Assembly: GCA_963591145.1 (NCBI GenBank)
Contig: CAVARE010000039.1
Coordinates: 4,482 to 68,481, forward strand
DNA from: Anaerotignum sp.
Lineage (GTDB): Bacteria > Bacillota > Clostridia > Lachnospirales > Lachnospiraceae
Length of the DNA: 64,000 bases
Direction: 5' to 3'
The position numbers and the translations under genes are program-made. Shown in pieces: positions 35,217 through 45,577 of the stretch. Below the pieces are notes generated by a model. That model saw only the letters and a program-made list of their open reading frames with translations, ran no database searches and was not told where the DNA came from. The number at the start of each line of letters is the position of its first letter. Position 1 is the first letter of the stretch.

Positions 35217-37094
35217 CTATACTTCCAATATGAAAGGAAGAACCATAGGTCCCTTTCTATCCTTGGTGCGTGTATATCTTCTCACAGAGTCGCCGATTAT
35301 CATCTTGGCCTTGCCTCTGTTGTACTTATTTCTATCAAGATAATCTATCAAATTATTGTAGATTATTTTATTTATTTCTTCAAGTATTATATCCAGGTCG
35401 CCTTCATATACCCAGCCTCTGGTAAATACTTCAGGACCTGATATGATAAGGCCATTTTCCTTATCTATACATACAGATACTATGAGTACACCTCTCTCAG
35501 ACAGATCCTTTCTATCCTCTATGATAGTTCTTCCGACATCAGCAACACCTGAATTATCTACATAGATTCCGCCGGCCTGAACATGATCTATTATCTTGGC
35601 CGATTTCTGTGACAGCTCGATCACATCACCATTTTCAGCCATGATTACATTCTTGCTGTTATATCCCATATCCAGTGCCAGTTCCCTGTTAGCACTTCTA
35701 TGTCTGTATTCTCCATGCGCCGGTATTACATATTTCGGCTTCAGCAGCGAGTACATCAGCTTAATTTCTTCCTGGCATGCATGTCCCGATACATGGGTCT
35801 GCTGGAATACAACCTTGGCACCCATCTGCGCCAGCTCATTCATAACATTTGATACAGCCTTCTCATTGCCTGGAATCGGTGAAGATGAGAATATGATGAC
35901 ATCATCCTGTTTAATCTCAATCTTCTTATGATTCTTATATGCCATACGCGAGAGCGCCGCCATCGGCTCGCCCTGGCTGCCTGTTGTAATAATCGTAAGC
36001 TTGCTGTCAGGATAATTTTTCATCTCATCAACCGAGATGATCGTATTTCCCGGCACGGTTATATATCCCAGCTCCTGCGCAGTCTCAATGACATTGATCA
36101 TGGACCGGCCTTCCAGTACGACTTTTCTCTTATATTTGTAAGCCGTATTTATAACCTGCTGTACCCTGTCTACGTTAGATGCAAATGTTGCAACTATAAT
36201 TCTGTTTTTGGCATGTTCTGCAAATAATAAATTAAATGTCTCGCCAACTGTCTTCTCCGACATGGTATATCCAGGACGTATCGCATTAGTCGAATCGCAC
36301 ATTACAGCCAGTACACCCTTTTTGCCCAGTTCAGCCAGTCTCCACAGATCAATGGCATCGCCGTATACTGGCGTATAATCCACCTTGAAGTCGCCTGTAT
36401 GAACCAGTACGCCGGCAGGGCATGTTATTGCCAGAGCTGCCGCGTCAGATATACTATGATTTGTTCTGATAAATTCAATATTGAACGCCCCTGCCTTCAG
36501 CTTCTCGCCATAGTCAACAACCTTCAATTTGACCACATTTTCCATGCGATGCTCTTCCAGTTTCTTCTGTATGAGCGCAATTGAGAGCTTTGTTCCGTAT
36601 ATAGGTGCCTGTATGTCTCTGAGAACATATGGAATCGCACCGATATGATCCTCATGTCCATGTGTAATATAGAATGCCTTGACTTTCTCCTTGTTCTGTT
36701 TCAGATATGAAACATCCGGAATGATCAGATCTATTCCGAGCAATGTATCATCGGCAAATTCCATGCCGCAATCCACAACAATAATAGAATCTTCGTATTC
36801 TATTGCTGTCATATTCATTCCGACTGCTTCCATGCCGCCTAATGGGATGATCTTTAATTTATTTGATCTGCTGTCTTTTTTGACCTTCGCACGGTCTGAA
36901 TTATTTCTTGACCCATTAGCCTTAGTATTCTGCGGCATAACCTTTTCTGTCTTTTTCGCAGAAGTCTGGCTGTCCGGCATATTTTTATATTTTTTTCTCT
37001 TAGTCTGTGTCTGTCCATTAGAAGTCGACTTCTGATTTTTTTCCTGAAGCGGCTTCTGATTATTCGGAGCATTCCTATAATTGTTTTCCGTCAT
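35217..37094 (-). CDS. rnj: ribonuclease J with an ~80-aa K/N/Q-rich N-terminal extension
   Basis: 625 aa; HGHEDHIG metallo-beta-lactamase motif; beta-CASP architecture; AGGAGG RBS. Confidence 0.93.
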   Translation of the reverse strand: MTENNYRNAPNNQKPLQEKNQKSTSNGQTQTKRKKYKNMPDSQTSAKKTEKVMPQNTKANGSRNNSDRAKVKKDSRSNKLKIIPLGGMEAVGMNMTAIEYEDSIIVVDCGMEFADDTLLGIDLIIPDVSYLKQNKEKVKAFYITHGHEDHIGAIPYVLRDIQAPIYGTKLSIALIQKKLEEHRMENVVKLKVVDYGEKLKAGAFNIEFIRTNHSISDAAALAITCPAGVLVHTGDFKVDYTPVYGDAIDLWRLAELGKKGVLAVMCDSTNAIRPGYTMSEKTVGETFNLLFAEHAKNRIIVATFASNVDRVQQVINTAYKYKRKVVLEGRSMINVIETAQELGYITVPGNTIISVDEMKNYPDSKLTIITTGSQGEPMAALSRMAYKNHKKIEIKQDDVIIFSSSPIPGNEKAVSNVMNELAQMGAKVVFQQTHVSGHACQEEIKLMYSLLKPKYVIPAHGEYRHRSANRELALDMGYNSKNVIMAENGDVIELSQKSAKIIDHVQAGGIYVDNSGVADVGRTIIEDRKDLSERGVLIVSVCIDKENGLIISGPEVFTRGWVYEGDLDIILEEINKIIYNNLIDYLDRNKYNRGKAKMIIGDSVRRYTRTKDRKGPMVLPFILEV

Positions 37095-37334
37095 ATTCCT
37101 CCTAGTTTTTTATGATGCCGAAATAAATGTTCCAGGAATCCATTTGCCTCTGTAATTAATAGAAGTCCTACTTAATAAGTTCTTCCATTTATCTTGATAT
37201 TCTGGTAAAGACTCCATGCATTCTCACATTTTTTGTAAGAAAAATAAATCACACCACAATGAGCACGTCCCATTTACATGAACGTGCGTTTATCTGTTAC
37301 TATATATTGTACGACCCTGTTCGCCGGTGCCGTA

Positions 37335-37366
37335 CCAAAATCAGCTGTCGTGAAATACAGCTGATT
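37335..37366 (-). terminator. intrinsic terminator after the DUF1292 gene
   Basis: minus strand AATCAGCTGT-ATTTCAC-GACAGCTGATT followed by TTGG. Confidence 0.6.
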
Positions 37367-37405
37367 CTTGAAATCTTATTTGTAAATATTATCATTCTGA
37401 CGAGA

Positions 37406-37684
37406 TCATTCTACGTCGATATCATCTAAAAGCTCTGCAAATACCTTAGCCAGAGCATCTAATTCTCTGTCGTCGTCTACAAATTCATAGATGGCTTCCT
37501 CGTCTTCCGGTTTTGAGACATCCTTAAGAATATATGCATCTGCATCCCCTTCACCAGCAGGCTCTTCTGTCACCATGATATAACTGACATCTCCCAGCTT
37601 GGTTTCCTCTACGATGTAATACACATCTTCATTTCCATCTTCGTCTTTAAAAATAATCTTTCCGTTATCTTCCATCTCGATCAA
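37406..37684 (-). CDS. DUF1292 family protein (YrzB-like)
   Basis: 92 aa, acidic; DEDGNEDVYYIVEE...YIMV..E pattern. Confidence 0.8.
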   Translation of the reverse strand: MIEMEDNGKIIFKDEDGNEDVYYIVEETKLGDVSYIMVTEEPAGEGDADAYILKDVSKPEDEEAIYEFVDDDRELDALAKVFAELLDDIDVE

Positions 37685-37709
37685 TCTCTTTATCTATTCG
37701 TGCAAATTC

Positions 37710-37778
37710 GTAACTATTCAGCCACATTACGGAAAACCTGCCGTTGGCAGCTCTCCTTCATGCTCAGATATTGCAAAA
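37710..37778 (+). repeat. family A interspersed repeat, long form (copy A2) between ruvX and the DUF1292 gene
   Basis: GTAACTATTCAGCCACATTACGGAAAACCTGCCGTTGGCAGCTCTCCTTCATGCTCAGATATTGCAAAA. Confidence 0.8.
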
Positions 37779-37806
37779 CCACTGCTACGCAGCGTTCCCG
37801 CGTCAT

Positions 37807-38226
37807 TCATTTATTGCTGTGCATATAATCCTCTAGAATAAATGCAGCAGCAATCTTATCTATATATTGCTTTCTCTCTGAATGAGGCACCCTCATTTCA
37901 TCGAGTATCCCGTCTGCTTCAACAGTAGTAAGCCTCTCATCCTGCATGGTGACGGGAAGCTGAAGCCTTTTTTCAAGTTTCTCTTTAAATTCCAGAGATT
38001 TAAGTGCCCGATCGCCGACTGAACCATCCATATTAACAGGAAGTCCCAGCACAATGCTGTCCACCTGATATTCTGAGACAATTGCCTCTAATCTGGCCAG
38101 TGTCCGGCGGAGCTTATTTTCTGATTCTCTCGTGATAGTCTCAAGCGGCTGCGCGGTTATCCCCAGAGGATCCGTTAATGCCACGCCCACCGTCTTAGAT
38201 CCATAATCCAGACCCATTATTCTCAT
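37807..38226 (-). CDS. ruvX: Holliday junction resolvase-like pre-16S rRNA nuclease RuvX (YqgF)
   Basis: 139 aa; MRIMGLDYGSKTVGVA; DERLTT. Confidence 0.92.
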   Translation of the reverse strand: MRIMGLDYGSKTVGVALTDPLGITAQPLETITRESENKLRRTLARLEAIVSEYQVDSIVLGLPVNMDGSVGDRALKSLEFKEKLEKRLQLPVTMQDERLTTVEADGILDEMRVPHSERKQYIDKIAAAFILEDYMHSNK

Positions 38227-38234
38227 ATGAGCCC

Positions 38235-38504
38235 CTATTTCTTTAGTTTGTTCTCTATATAGAACCTAACCGTTTCCTCAATGAGCTCATCTCTTTCAAC
38301 CTTGACAATAAGACCACGCGCATTGTTATGGCTCGTAATATATGTAGGATCGCCAGACATAATATAGCCTACGATCTGATTAACAGGATCGTAGCCTTTC
38401 TCAGCCAATGCTGCATATACGCGCTCTATGATCTCTTCAGTAGAAAGAACTTCTTCCTTTGGCATATTATAATGTTGTGTTAAATGAATATCGTAATTGC
38501 TCAT
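38235..38504 (-). CDS. ireB: IreB/UPF0297 family protein (YrzL-like)
   Basis: 89 aa; [26 protein letters not shown]. Confidence 0.85.
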   Translation of the reverse strand: MSNYDIHLTQHYNMPKEEVLSTEEIIERVYAALAEKGYDPVNQIVGYIMSGDPTYITSHNNARGLIVKVERDELIEETVRFYIENKLKK

Positions 38505-38598
38505 GGTCTGATTCTACCCTAATTTACTGGTGCTTTCAAGTCATACATAAGCAAAATGGTGCACTAAAAGTCATGCATATCATTTTGCTTATAAGGCC

Positions 38599-40005
38599 TC
38601 ATCTGCAGTACAGTATATCATCTGCAAATTCTGTTGGTACGACTGTAAGCATCTGGTTTACCATCTGGTTAAGTGGCTCACCATTTCTTCCATATATATC
38701 CACATCGGCCAGGATTCTGACATACTCAGGCGTATATCCCGCAAAATAGGCTCTGCCGGTTGCGGAATCCTCTATTATTTCCTCTACCAGGATCTCACAT
38801 TTGCAGCCTATCAGGCGGCTTTCATATTCTTTTCTTAATTCCTCGCCGACTGCAATCAGTTCCCTGGCTCTCGCTTCCTTAACTGCCTTAGGTAACTGGT
38901 CTGGGAGCTGGTCGGCTCTGGTTTTCTTTCGTCTCGAATATGGAAATACATGCATCCTTGAAAATGCTATTTTCTTCACATATTCTACTGTCTGGGCAAA
39001 TTCTTCGTCAGTTTCACCTGGAAATCCCGTGATTACATCTGTGGTTATTCCTGCAGCAGGAAAATATCTTCTTATCGTCTCGACGCAGCCGACAAATTCC
39101 TCTGTCGTATAATGTCTGTTCATGCGCTTAAGTACGCTGTCGCAGCCGCTCTGAAGAGACAGGTGAAACTGAGGGCAGAACTGCTTAATGCTGCTGAGCT
39201 TTTCTATCATCTCTTCAGATGCAATACCTGCTTCAAGTGAGCCCAATCTAATTCGCCTAATGCCGGGGATTTCTGATATTTTCTTCATTAAGATATACAT
39301 CGCAGGTTCGTCTGACGTCTTTAATCCAATTGCATCTTCATCAGCTTCATGAATCTCGAAGCTGCTTATGTCAATTCCCGTAAGGACTATCTCCTGATAG
39401 CCCGCTGCAGCCAGCGTCTTAACTTCATCAATAATCTCTGACAGATAACGGCTTCTGCTTCTTCCTCTCAGGAACGGGATCAAGCAGTATGAACAGAATC
39501 TGTTGCAGCCATCCTGAATCTTAACATAAGCCCTGACGTGACTTCCCTGGCTCGTAATGTTTTGATTCTCATAAGTTGTGCAGTGCGTAAGGTCATCTAC
39601 CAATATGCCGCTTTCATCAGTGCTGAAATCACTAGCATTTTGGGAAGCGCCAGACTGACTTTTCTCTTTTATCTTATTACTAACTATAGAGATTATCTTA
39701 CTTTTCTCGCTATTTCCTACAACTATATCCGCCAGGCCATCCTCTACTATCTTCTGTGCTGCTTCCTGTGCATAACAGCCTGTCATAACTATGAGCGCGT
39801 CAGGATTATTCTTCTTGCAGCGGCCTGTCATTTGCCGGGACTTTCTCGCAGCCTCATGGGTGACAGCACATGTATTTACCACATATACATCACATTCTTC
39901 CGCAAAATCTGCGATCTCATATCCTGCCGCCTCGAACTGTTCCTGAATAGCCTGGGTTTCATATGCATTTGTCTTACATCCTAATGTATGAAACGCTGCT
40001 CTCAT
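38599..40005 (-). CDS. mtaB: tRNA t6A37 methylthiotransferase MtaB (radical SAM MTTase)
   Basis: 468 aa; FHTLGCKTNAYE N-terminal cluster; CNRFCSYC radical SAM motif. Confidence 0.85.
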   Translation of the reverse strand: MRAAFHTLGCKTNAYETQAIQEQFEAAGYEIADFAEECDVYVVNTCAVTHEAARKSRQMTGRCKKNNPDALIVMTGCYAQEAAQKIVEDGLADIVVGNSEKSKIISIVSNKIKEKSQSGASQNASDFSTDESGILVDDLTHCTTYENQNITSQGSHVRAYVKIQDGCNRFCSYCLIPFLRGRSRSRYLSEIIDEVKTLAAAGYQEIVLTGIDISSFEIHEADEDAIGLKTSDEPAMYILMKKISEIPGIRRIRLGSLEAGIASEEMIEKLSSIKQFCPQFHLSLQSGCDSVLKRMNRHYTTEEFVGCVETIRRYFPAAGITTDVITGFPGETDEEFAQTVEYVKKIAFSRMHVFPYSRRKKTRADQLPDQLPKAVKEARARELIAVGEELRKEYESRLIGCKCEILVEEIIEDSATGRAYFAGYTPEYVRILADVDIYGRNGEPLNQMVNQMLTVVPTEFADDILYCR

Positions 40006-41180
40006 ATCTGTATAGTCTCCACGGTATCTAATGCCTTCTGATATAATTCCTCGATCACGCCCTCCAGCAGCTTCTCCGACTTCTGAATCTTCTCCAGCTT
40101 CGGTTTGGTTACAGGATGCTTGGCAACAAATATTGTGCAGCAGTCTTCATAAGGCAGAATCGAGGTTTCATATGTTCCGATCTTTTCTGAAATTGCTACT
40201 ATATCCATCTTATCAAATGCGCATAACGGCCTGTAGACCGGGATATTGCATACTTCATTTGTTACGAGCATGCTCTGCATGGTCTGGCTGGCAACCTGTC
40301 CGATACTTTCACCCGTAACAAGGCCGATGGCGCCATTTTTCACAGCCAGCTCCTGGGCGATCTTCATCATGTATCTGCGCATGATTATCGTAAGCTCCTC
40401 GTGAGGACAGACTTCATATATCTTCATCTGAATATCCGTGAAGTTTACGATATGAAGATTAATAGGGCCTGAGTACCTAGACACGATTCGAGCCAGATCT
40501 ACGACCTTCTGCTTAGCTCTCTCCGATGTATATGGAGGCGCATGAAAATATACAGCATCAAGATTGACGCCTCGCTTTGATACCAGGTAGCCTGCTACAG
40601 GGCTGTCGATTCCGCCTGACAACAGCAACATCGCCTTGCCTGACGAACCTACAGGCATGCCTCCGAGGCCTTCTATTTCAACCGAATATATGTTGATATC
40701 GTGCTGTCTGATCTCCACTGTCAGCATGATATCAGGATTATGGACATCAACACTCAGCTGTTCAAATTCGTCTAAAAGCACCTCGCCCAGGAGCATATTG
40801 GCATCCATGGAAGCCACCGGGTAGCTCTTGTCGATTCTTCTGCAATTAGCCTTGAATGTATAATGCTTGTCCTCGCCATCCGAGAAATATGTATTTCTCA
40901 TGTATTCGATGACTTTTCCCTTCAATTCTTCGAAGCTCACCGGGTCGAACTGTGTCACCGGGCAGATCCATGCAATTCCGAATACCTTCTTAAGTGCTTC
41001 GATTGCCTCATCATAATCCGCCTCATCGTACATAACATATATTCTTCCCTGAGCCTTACGTACAGAAAACGGATTATCCAGAACCTTCAGTGCACTCTTA
41101 ATATTTTTAACGAGCATATCCTCGAAAATATATCTGTTCTTACCCTTTACACCTATCTCTGAGTATTTTATCAATAACAT
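40002..41180 (-). CDS. thiI: tRNA 4-thiouridine synthase ThiI
   Basis: 392 aa from ATG 41180 (the ORF opens at 41216, overlapping iscS); EIGVKGKNR, PP-loop LLLSGGIDSPVA. Confidence 0.9.
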   Translation of the reverse strand: MLLIKYSEIGVKGKNRYIFEDMLVKNIKSALKVLDNPFSVRKAQGRIYVMYDEADYDEAIEALKKVFGIAWICPVTQFDPVSFEELKGKVIEYMRNTYFSDGEDKHYTFKANCRRIDKSYPVASMDANMLLGEVLLDEFEQLSVDVHNPDIMLTVEIRQHDINIYSVEIEGLGGMPVGSSGKAMLLLSGGIDSPVAGYLVSKRGVNLDAVYFHAPPYTSERAKQKVVDLARIVSRYSGPINLHIVNFTDIQMKIYEVCPHEELTIIMRRYMMKIAQELAVKNGAIGLVTGESIGQVASQTMQSMLVTNEVCNIPVYRPLCAFDKMDIVAISEKIGTYETSILPYEDCCTIFVAKHPVTKPKLEKIQKSEKLLEGVIEELYQKALDTVETIQI

Positions 41181-41202
41181 ACTGTTCACAGACAGTCTCC
41201 TT

Positions 41203-42414
41203 TCAATGTGACACAAACCTCTTAAGCATATTGTAAGTGTCCTTTATCTGTTCTATCGCATAATCAACTTCTTCTATCGTATTGTATCTGCAGAAGCTAA
41301 ATCTCAGTGTGCAGTCAGCCTCCCTGGCATTAAGTCCGATGGCCTGCAGCGTTCCGGACAGTCCAGGCCTATTCGATGAACAGGCAGAACCCGATGACAC
41401 ATATATTCCCCTTTCTTCCAGTGCATGGAGCATGACCTCACTTTTAACAGGGAAGAAGGTTGCGCTTACAATATGCGGCGCACTCTGATCTCCTTTTTTA
41501 CTGTTGATCTTAATGTAGTATTTTCCCGCTGAACCAGGTTCGTTTTTTATCTGCTCAGCAAATTCATTTAAGCCATCCGTAAGTCTGTCCTTCAACTCGG
41601 TCATATGGCTTACATTTTCTGCGAGATTTTTGTATGCATTTTCTGCCGCCCGCGTCATACCTGCGACTCCTGGCACATTATCAGTTCCGCTTCTCATGCC
41701 CTTCTGCTGGCCGCCGCCCAGTATAAGCGGCGTCACTCTGGTCTTTTCATTCTTATATAGGAATCCAGCTCCCTTAGGACCATGAAACTTATGGGACGAT
41801 ACGCTTAGGAGGTCTATATTCATCTTCTTCGGGTAGATATTATATTTGCCAAATGCCTGGATAGCATCAACGTGATATATGCATCTCGGATTAGCTTCCT
41901 TTATAAGCCGCCCGATAGCCGCCACATCCTGCACTGCTCCTATCTCGTTATTTACGAACATGGTGGAAATTATGATCGTATCAGGCCTGATCGCATTTCT
42001 TAGATCTTCCAATGATATATGACCGTCATGATCAACGGGAAGATATGTTACCTCGAACTTGCCACCATCAGCAAATGTATAATTTTCCAGATATTTAAGT
42101 GGTTCTAAAACCGATGAATGCTCAAAGCATGTAGAGATTATATGCCGTCCCTGCCGCTGGTAAGACATCGCCGCGCCGATGAGCGCGAGATTATTGGACT
42201 CCGTACCGCCGGATGTAAATATAATTTCCTTTTCTGACACCTTGAGAATCCTGGCTATCTTCTCCCTGGAATCCTTCAAAATGCGTTCGGATTCCATGCC
42301 CTTCATATGCTTAGATGAGGGATTGCCGAAGTCCTGCCTCATGACCTGACTTATTACATCAACTACATCATCGTCTACTCTTGTTGTTGCTGAATTGTCA
42401 AAATATACTTCCAT
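41203..42414 (-). CDS. iscS: cysteine desulfurase (NifS/IscS class), partner of ThiI
   Basis: 403 aa; SSHKFHGPKG PLP-lysine motif; SSGSACSS active-site Cys loop. Confidence 0.9.
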   Translation of the reverse strand: MEVYFDNSATTRVDDDVVDVISQVMRQDFGNPSSKHMKGMESERILKDSREKIARILKVSEKEIIFTSGGTESNNLALIGAAMSYQRQGRHIISTCFEHSSVLEPLKYLENYTFADGGKFEVTYLPVDHDGHISLEDLRNAIRPDTIIISTMFVNNEIGAVQDVAAIGRLIKEANPRCIYHVDAIQAFGKYNIYPKKMNIDLLSVSSHKFHGPKGAGFLYKNEKTRVTPLILGGGQQKGMRSGTDNVPGVAGMTRAAENAYKNLAENVSHMTELKDRLTDGLNEFAEQIKNEPGSAGKYYIKINSKKGDQSAPHIVSATFFPVKSEVMLHALEERGIYVSSGSACSSNRPGLSGTLQAIGLNAREADCTLRFSFCRYNTIEEVDYAIEQIKDTYNMLKRFVSH

Positions 42415-42415
42415 C

Positions 42416-43462
42416 TTATAATCTTACTGCCACAACTGAACGCCAGTCTCCGTCCTCATTTACTTCCTTAAGCTCGAGATTTTTATTGCCATTAACAGCG
42501 TCCCTTACTTCCTGCTCCTTATAATCAATAATTCCTGATGAAATAAATACTCCGCCAGGATTTAGGAAGCTGTCCACAAATCCTGCCATAGGAACTATTA
42601 CATCTGCCAATATATTTGCCAGGACGATGTCATATTTCTCTTCTGCCAAAATTCTCTGAAGCTCTGTGTCTTCGAGAATATTTCCTGCGCGCAGTTCATA
42701 TATCGTGGTTCCATCCTCAGAAGGATTATCCTCACCGATCCTGTTCTGCTCGAAATTTTCCTGCGCTATCACAACGGCCTGTTCATCAATATCTATTGCT
42801 GTTATGGAAGATGCTCCTAATTTGCCTGCTGCGATGCCTAATATTCCTGAACCGCAGCCCAGGTCCAGTACCTTCATACCAGGCTTCATATATCTCTGAA
42901 GCGCTCTGAGGCATAGTCTCGTGGTCTCATGAATTCCAGTTCCGAAGGCCATGCCAGGGTCGATATCAATCACTATGTCGCCGGCCAGTTCCTCCGGCAC
43001 CTGCTCCCAGGTAGGCTTAATAACTATATTATCAACTGCAAATGGCTTAAAATATTCCTTCCATTTGTTGTTCCAATCCTCGGTATCCACTGAGCTTACG
43101 TCTATCGTAACCTCACCTATGCCGAACATCTCCGATGCATCCTTAAGTCCCTGCTTAACCTTATCGAGATCCACATGGATTCCTTCGAAACCACTCTGTT
43201 CATTGGCAGCTGTCGGCGAATCTCCCGTGCCTATTCCTTCTGGAATAAAGCCATTCTCATCGAGATAGAAGCTGACTGTGCAGCTTCCGTCATCTTCAGG
43301 CAATTCCTTAACAAAATCCGCATACATCTGATTCATCTCTTCATCTGTAAGCTGAATATTGTTATCGATCTGCACATCCGTGATGCCATAATCCATAAGT
43401 GTTGCGCATACAAGCTCGCAATCAGCGGTAGTTGTATGAATAGTATATTTATTCCAGATCAT
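42416..43462 (-). CDS. prmA: ribosomal protein L11 methyltransferase
   Basis: 348 aa from ATG 43462 (AAGGAG RBS); IDPGMAFGTG.HETT; VLDLGCGSGIL. Confidence 0.9.
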   Translation of the reverse strand: MIWNKYTIHTTTADCELVCATLMDYGITDVQIDNNIQLTDEEMNQMYADFVKELPEDDGSCTVSFYLDENGFIPEGIGTGDSPTAANEQSGFEGIHVDLDKVKQGLKDASEMFGIGEVTIDVSSVDTEDWNNKWKEYFKPFAVDNIVIKPTWEQVPEELAGDIVIDIDPGMAFGTGIHETTRLCLRALQRYMKPGMKVLDLGCGSGILGIAAGKLGASSITAIDIDEQAVVIAQENFEQNRIGEDNPSEDGTTIYELRAGNILEDTELQRILAEEKYDIVLANILADVIVPMAGFVDSFLNPGGVFISSGIIDYKEQEVRDAVNGNKNLELKEVNEDGDWRSVVAVRL

Positions 43463-43536
43463 TCTCTGCTCCTTATAATCACTCGTAATCCGTAGACATA
43501 GTTTGCAATTAACATGCACCTTTACCAGCTATTATT

Positions 43537-43630
43537 TGCACAGGGATGCGAAGTCAGGCGCAGCTGCGAGAGCGCTGTAGGCGCGTAGCAGCTGACTTTT
43601 AACTATGAGTGGCTTCGCCATCCCTGCGCA
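43537..43630. repeat. long imperfect palindrome, divergent relative of family B (copy B4)
   Basis: GCACAGGGATGCGAAG...CTTCGCCATCCCTGCGC arms; shares GGCGCAGCTGCGAGA..GCG..GGCG with B2. Confidence 0.6.
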
Positions 43631-43857
43631 TATTTAGTTGACTTTAATGCTACACGCAAAATGCTCTTGATAGTCTACTGAAAAACCGCCGTTTTTTCAA
43701 CCGCATACATATTAACATACTGAAATTTCTTTTCCCCGGCTCTTAGTAGTTACAAATTACTATTTCTTATTCATTTGTGTCGATTTTTCTGTAGAAGTAT
43801 AAGATTTTTTACATCAAATCTATGAAATATTTACAAAGAAACTTCTCAATATCTTAT

Positions 43858-43886
43858 TTGACATTAACAACATTTATCCATATAAT
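43858..43886 (+). promoter_or_regulatory. perfect-consensus sigma-A promoter of the reductase operon
   Basis: TTGACA-17 nt-TATAAT. Confidence 0.85.
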
Positions 43887-43892
43887 TATGAG

Positions 43893-44096
43893 GAATCATT
43901 GTGCATTTCATGAGATGTCAATGATTCTTAAAGCTAGGGAAATCGCGCTGTGCGGGATTTCCTCGTTATTGTTGCGGCATTTGCCAGATGTTTTATACCC
44001 CAGGGTATGCCTTCGTTTGGCTCATTGTCTGCGCAGATCATGCGTACTACGTAAACGCATGATTATATCTGTAATAATAAGGAGGATTTTACTACA
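43893..44096 (+). promoter_or_regulatory. ~200-nt structured 5' leader (candidate riboswitch/attenuator, unclassified)
   Basis: hairpins GAATCATTG..CAATGATTC, GGAAATC-GCGCTGTGCGG-GATTTCC followed by TCGTTATTGTTG, and ATCATGCGT-ACTACGTAA-ACGCATGAT just before the AAGGAGG RBS. Confidence 0.45.
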
Positions 44097-45557
44097 ATGA
44101 AAAATTTACAAGCAGATATCGTTGTAATTGGTACAGGCCCTTCAGGTCTTGCAGCTTGTGTAGAAGCTTCAGACGCTGGTCATAAGGTTATCGCTCTTGA
44201 GAAACAGAACGTTTCTGGCGGTGCAGCTAACATGGGTATGGGACCTTTAGGTATCGGTACAAGACAGCAGCAGGATCAGATGGTTGACATCGACGTTGAG
44301 AGAGCATTCAAGATGTTCATGGAGTATACTCACTGGAGAGTTGATGCTAACATGGTTAAGAAGTATTTCGCAGCTTCAGCAGGAACAATCAAGTGGTTAG
44401 AGGATCTTGGTGTTGAATTTGCCGGTGCTTACAAGTACTTCCCTAAGTCAGAAGCTACATGGCATATCGTTGCTGTTAACGGCGGTATCGGACGTAACGG
44501 CGGTGCTATCATGAACAAGCATATGCTTGCTAAGGCTCAGGAAAATGGTGTTGAAGTTATGTATGAAACACCTGCTAAAGAGATCTTAAGAGATGCTGAA
44601 GGCAAGATCTGCGGCGTTAACGCTACAGCAAAAGATGGTGAAGAAATTCACATCGACTGCAAGGCAGTTATCGTTGGTACAGGCGGTGCCGGAGATTCAC
44701 CGGAATACATGAAGGAAAGAATGGGCTATACATACGGCAAAGACCTCTTCAATATCGTTATCCCTGGTCTTAAGGGCGAAGGTATTAAGATGGCTATGGC
44801 AGCTGGTGCAGCTACAACAGATATGACTGTTGAGAAGATCTACATCCTTCCATACTCAGACTTCGGTGTACAGAGTGTTCCTGTAACATTCATGCAGCCA
44901 AACCTTATGGTTAACAAGCTGGGCAAGCGTTTCATCAACGAGGAGCAGATGCAGAATACAACATTCACAGGTAATGCTATCCAGATCCAGAAGGATGCAG
45001 TTGGATTCTCTATCATCGACCAGAGCATCATTAACTACTACAAGAAGAAAGGTCTTGACGTTGTTAACTTCGTTCATCACGTTGACAACATTGATGACTT
45101 CGAGCAGGCTTGCGAGGATATCATCAACGACCCAACTAACCCAGACGTTGTTAAGGCTGATTCTATCGAAGAACTGGCTGAGAAATTAGGAATCGATCCA
45201 GATGCACTCGTAGAAACAGTTGATGAATACAATGATATGTGTGAATCAGAGGATTCTCTGTTCTACAAACCAAGCAAATTCATGAAGCCAATCAAGAAGG
45301 CTCCATTCTATGCTGGTATCTTCCATCCATCAGGATACGGTACATTAGGCGGAATCAAAATCAACGAGAACTGCGAAGTTATGGATAACGATTGGAATAC
45401 AATCCCAGGCTTCTTCGCATGCGGTACTGATACATGTACTATCTACGGTGATTCTTACATGTTCTTATTACCAGGTAACACAATGGGTTACTGCGTAAAT
45501 ACAGGACGTTTCGCTGGACAGGGTGCTGCTGAATACGTAGAAGATTTAGACGACTAA
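44097..45557 (+). CDS. cytoplasmic FAD-dependent reductase (FAD_binding_2; fumarate reductase/KstD-like flavoprotein), substrate unknown
   Basis: 486 aa; DIVVIGTGPSGLAACVEA; C-terminal FACGTD..; no signal peptide. Confidence 0.8.
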   Translation: MKNLQADIVVIGTGPSGLAACVEASDAGHKVIALEKQNVSGGAANMGMGPLGIGTRQQQDQMVDIDVERAFKMFMEYTHWRVDANMVKKYFAASAGTIKWLEDLGVEFAGAYKYFPKSEATWHIVAVNGGIGRNGGAIMNKHMLAKAQENGVEVMYETPAKEILRDAEGKICGVNATAKDGEEIHIDCKAVIVGTGGAGDSPEYMKERMGYTYGKDLFNIVIPGLKGEGIKMAMAAGAATTDMTVEKIYILPYSDFGVQSVPVTFMQPNLMVNKLGKRFINEEQMQNTTFTGNAIQIQKDAVGFSIIDQSIINYYKKKGLDVVNFVHHVDNIDDFEQACEDIINDPTNPDVVKADSIEELAEKLGIDPDALVETVDEYNDMCESEDSLFYKPSKFMKPIKKAPFYAGIFHPSGYGTLGGIKINENCEVMDNDWNTIPGFFACGTDTCTIYGDSYMFLLPGNTMGYCVNTGRFAGQGAAEYVEDLDD

Positions 45558-45577
45558 TTTTTGATTAACGTCATTAT

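Noticed and set aside
43822-44100. 92-aa ORF preceding the reductase gene
   Set aside because: It starts upstream of the -35 box, spans the promoter and the leader hairpins, and has no RBS.
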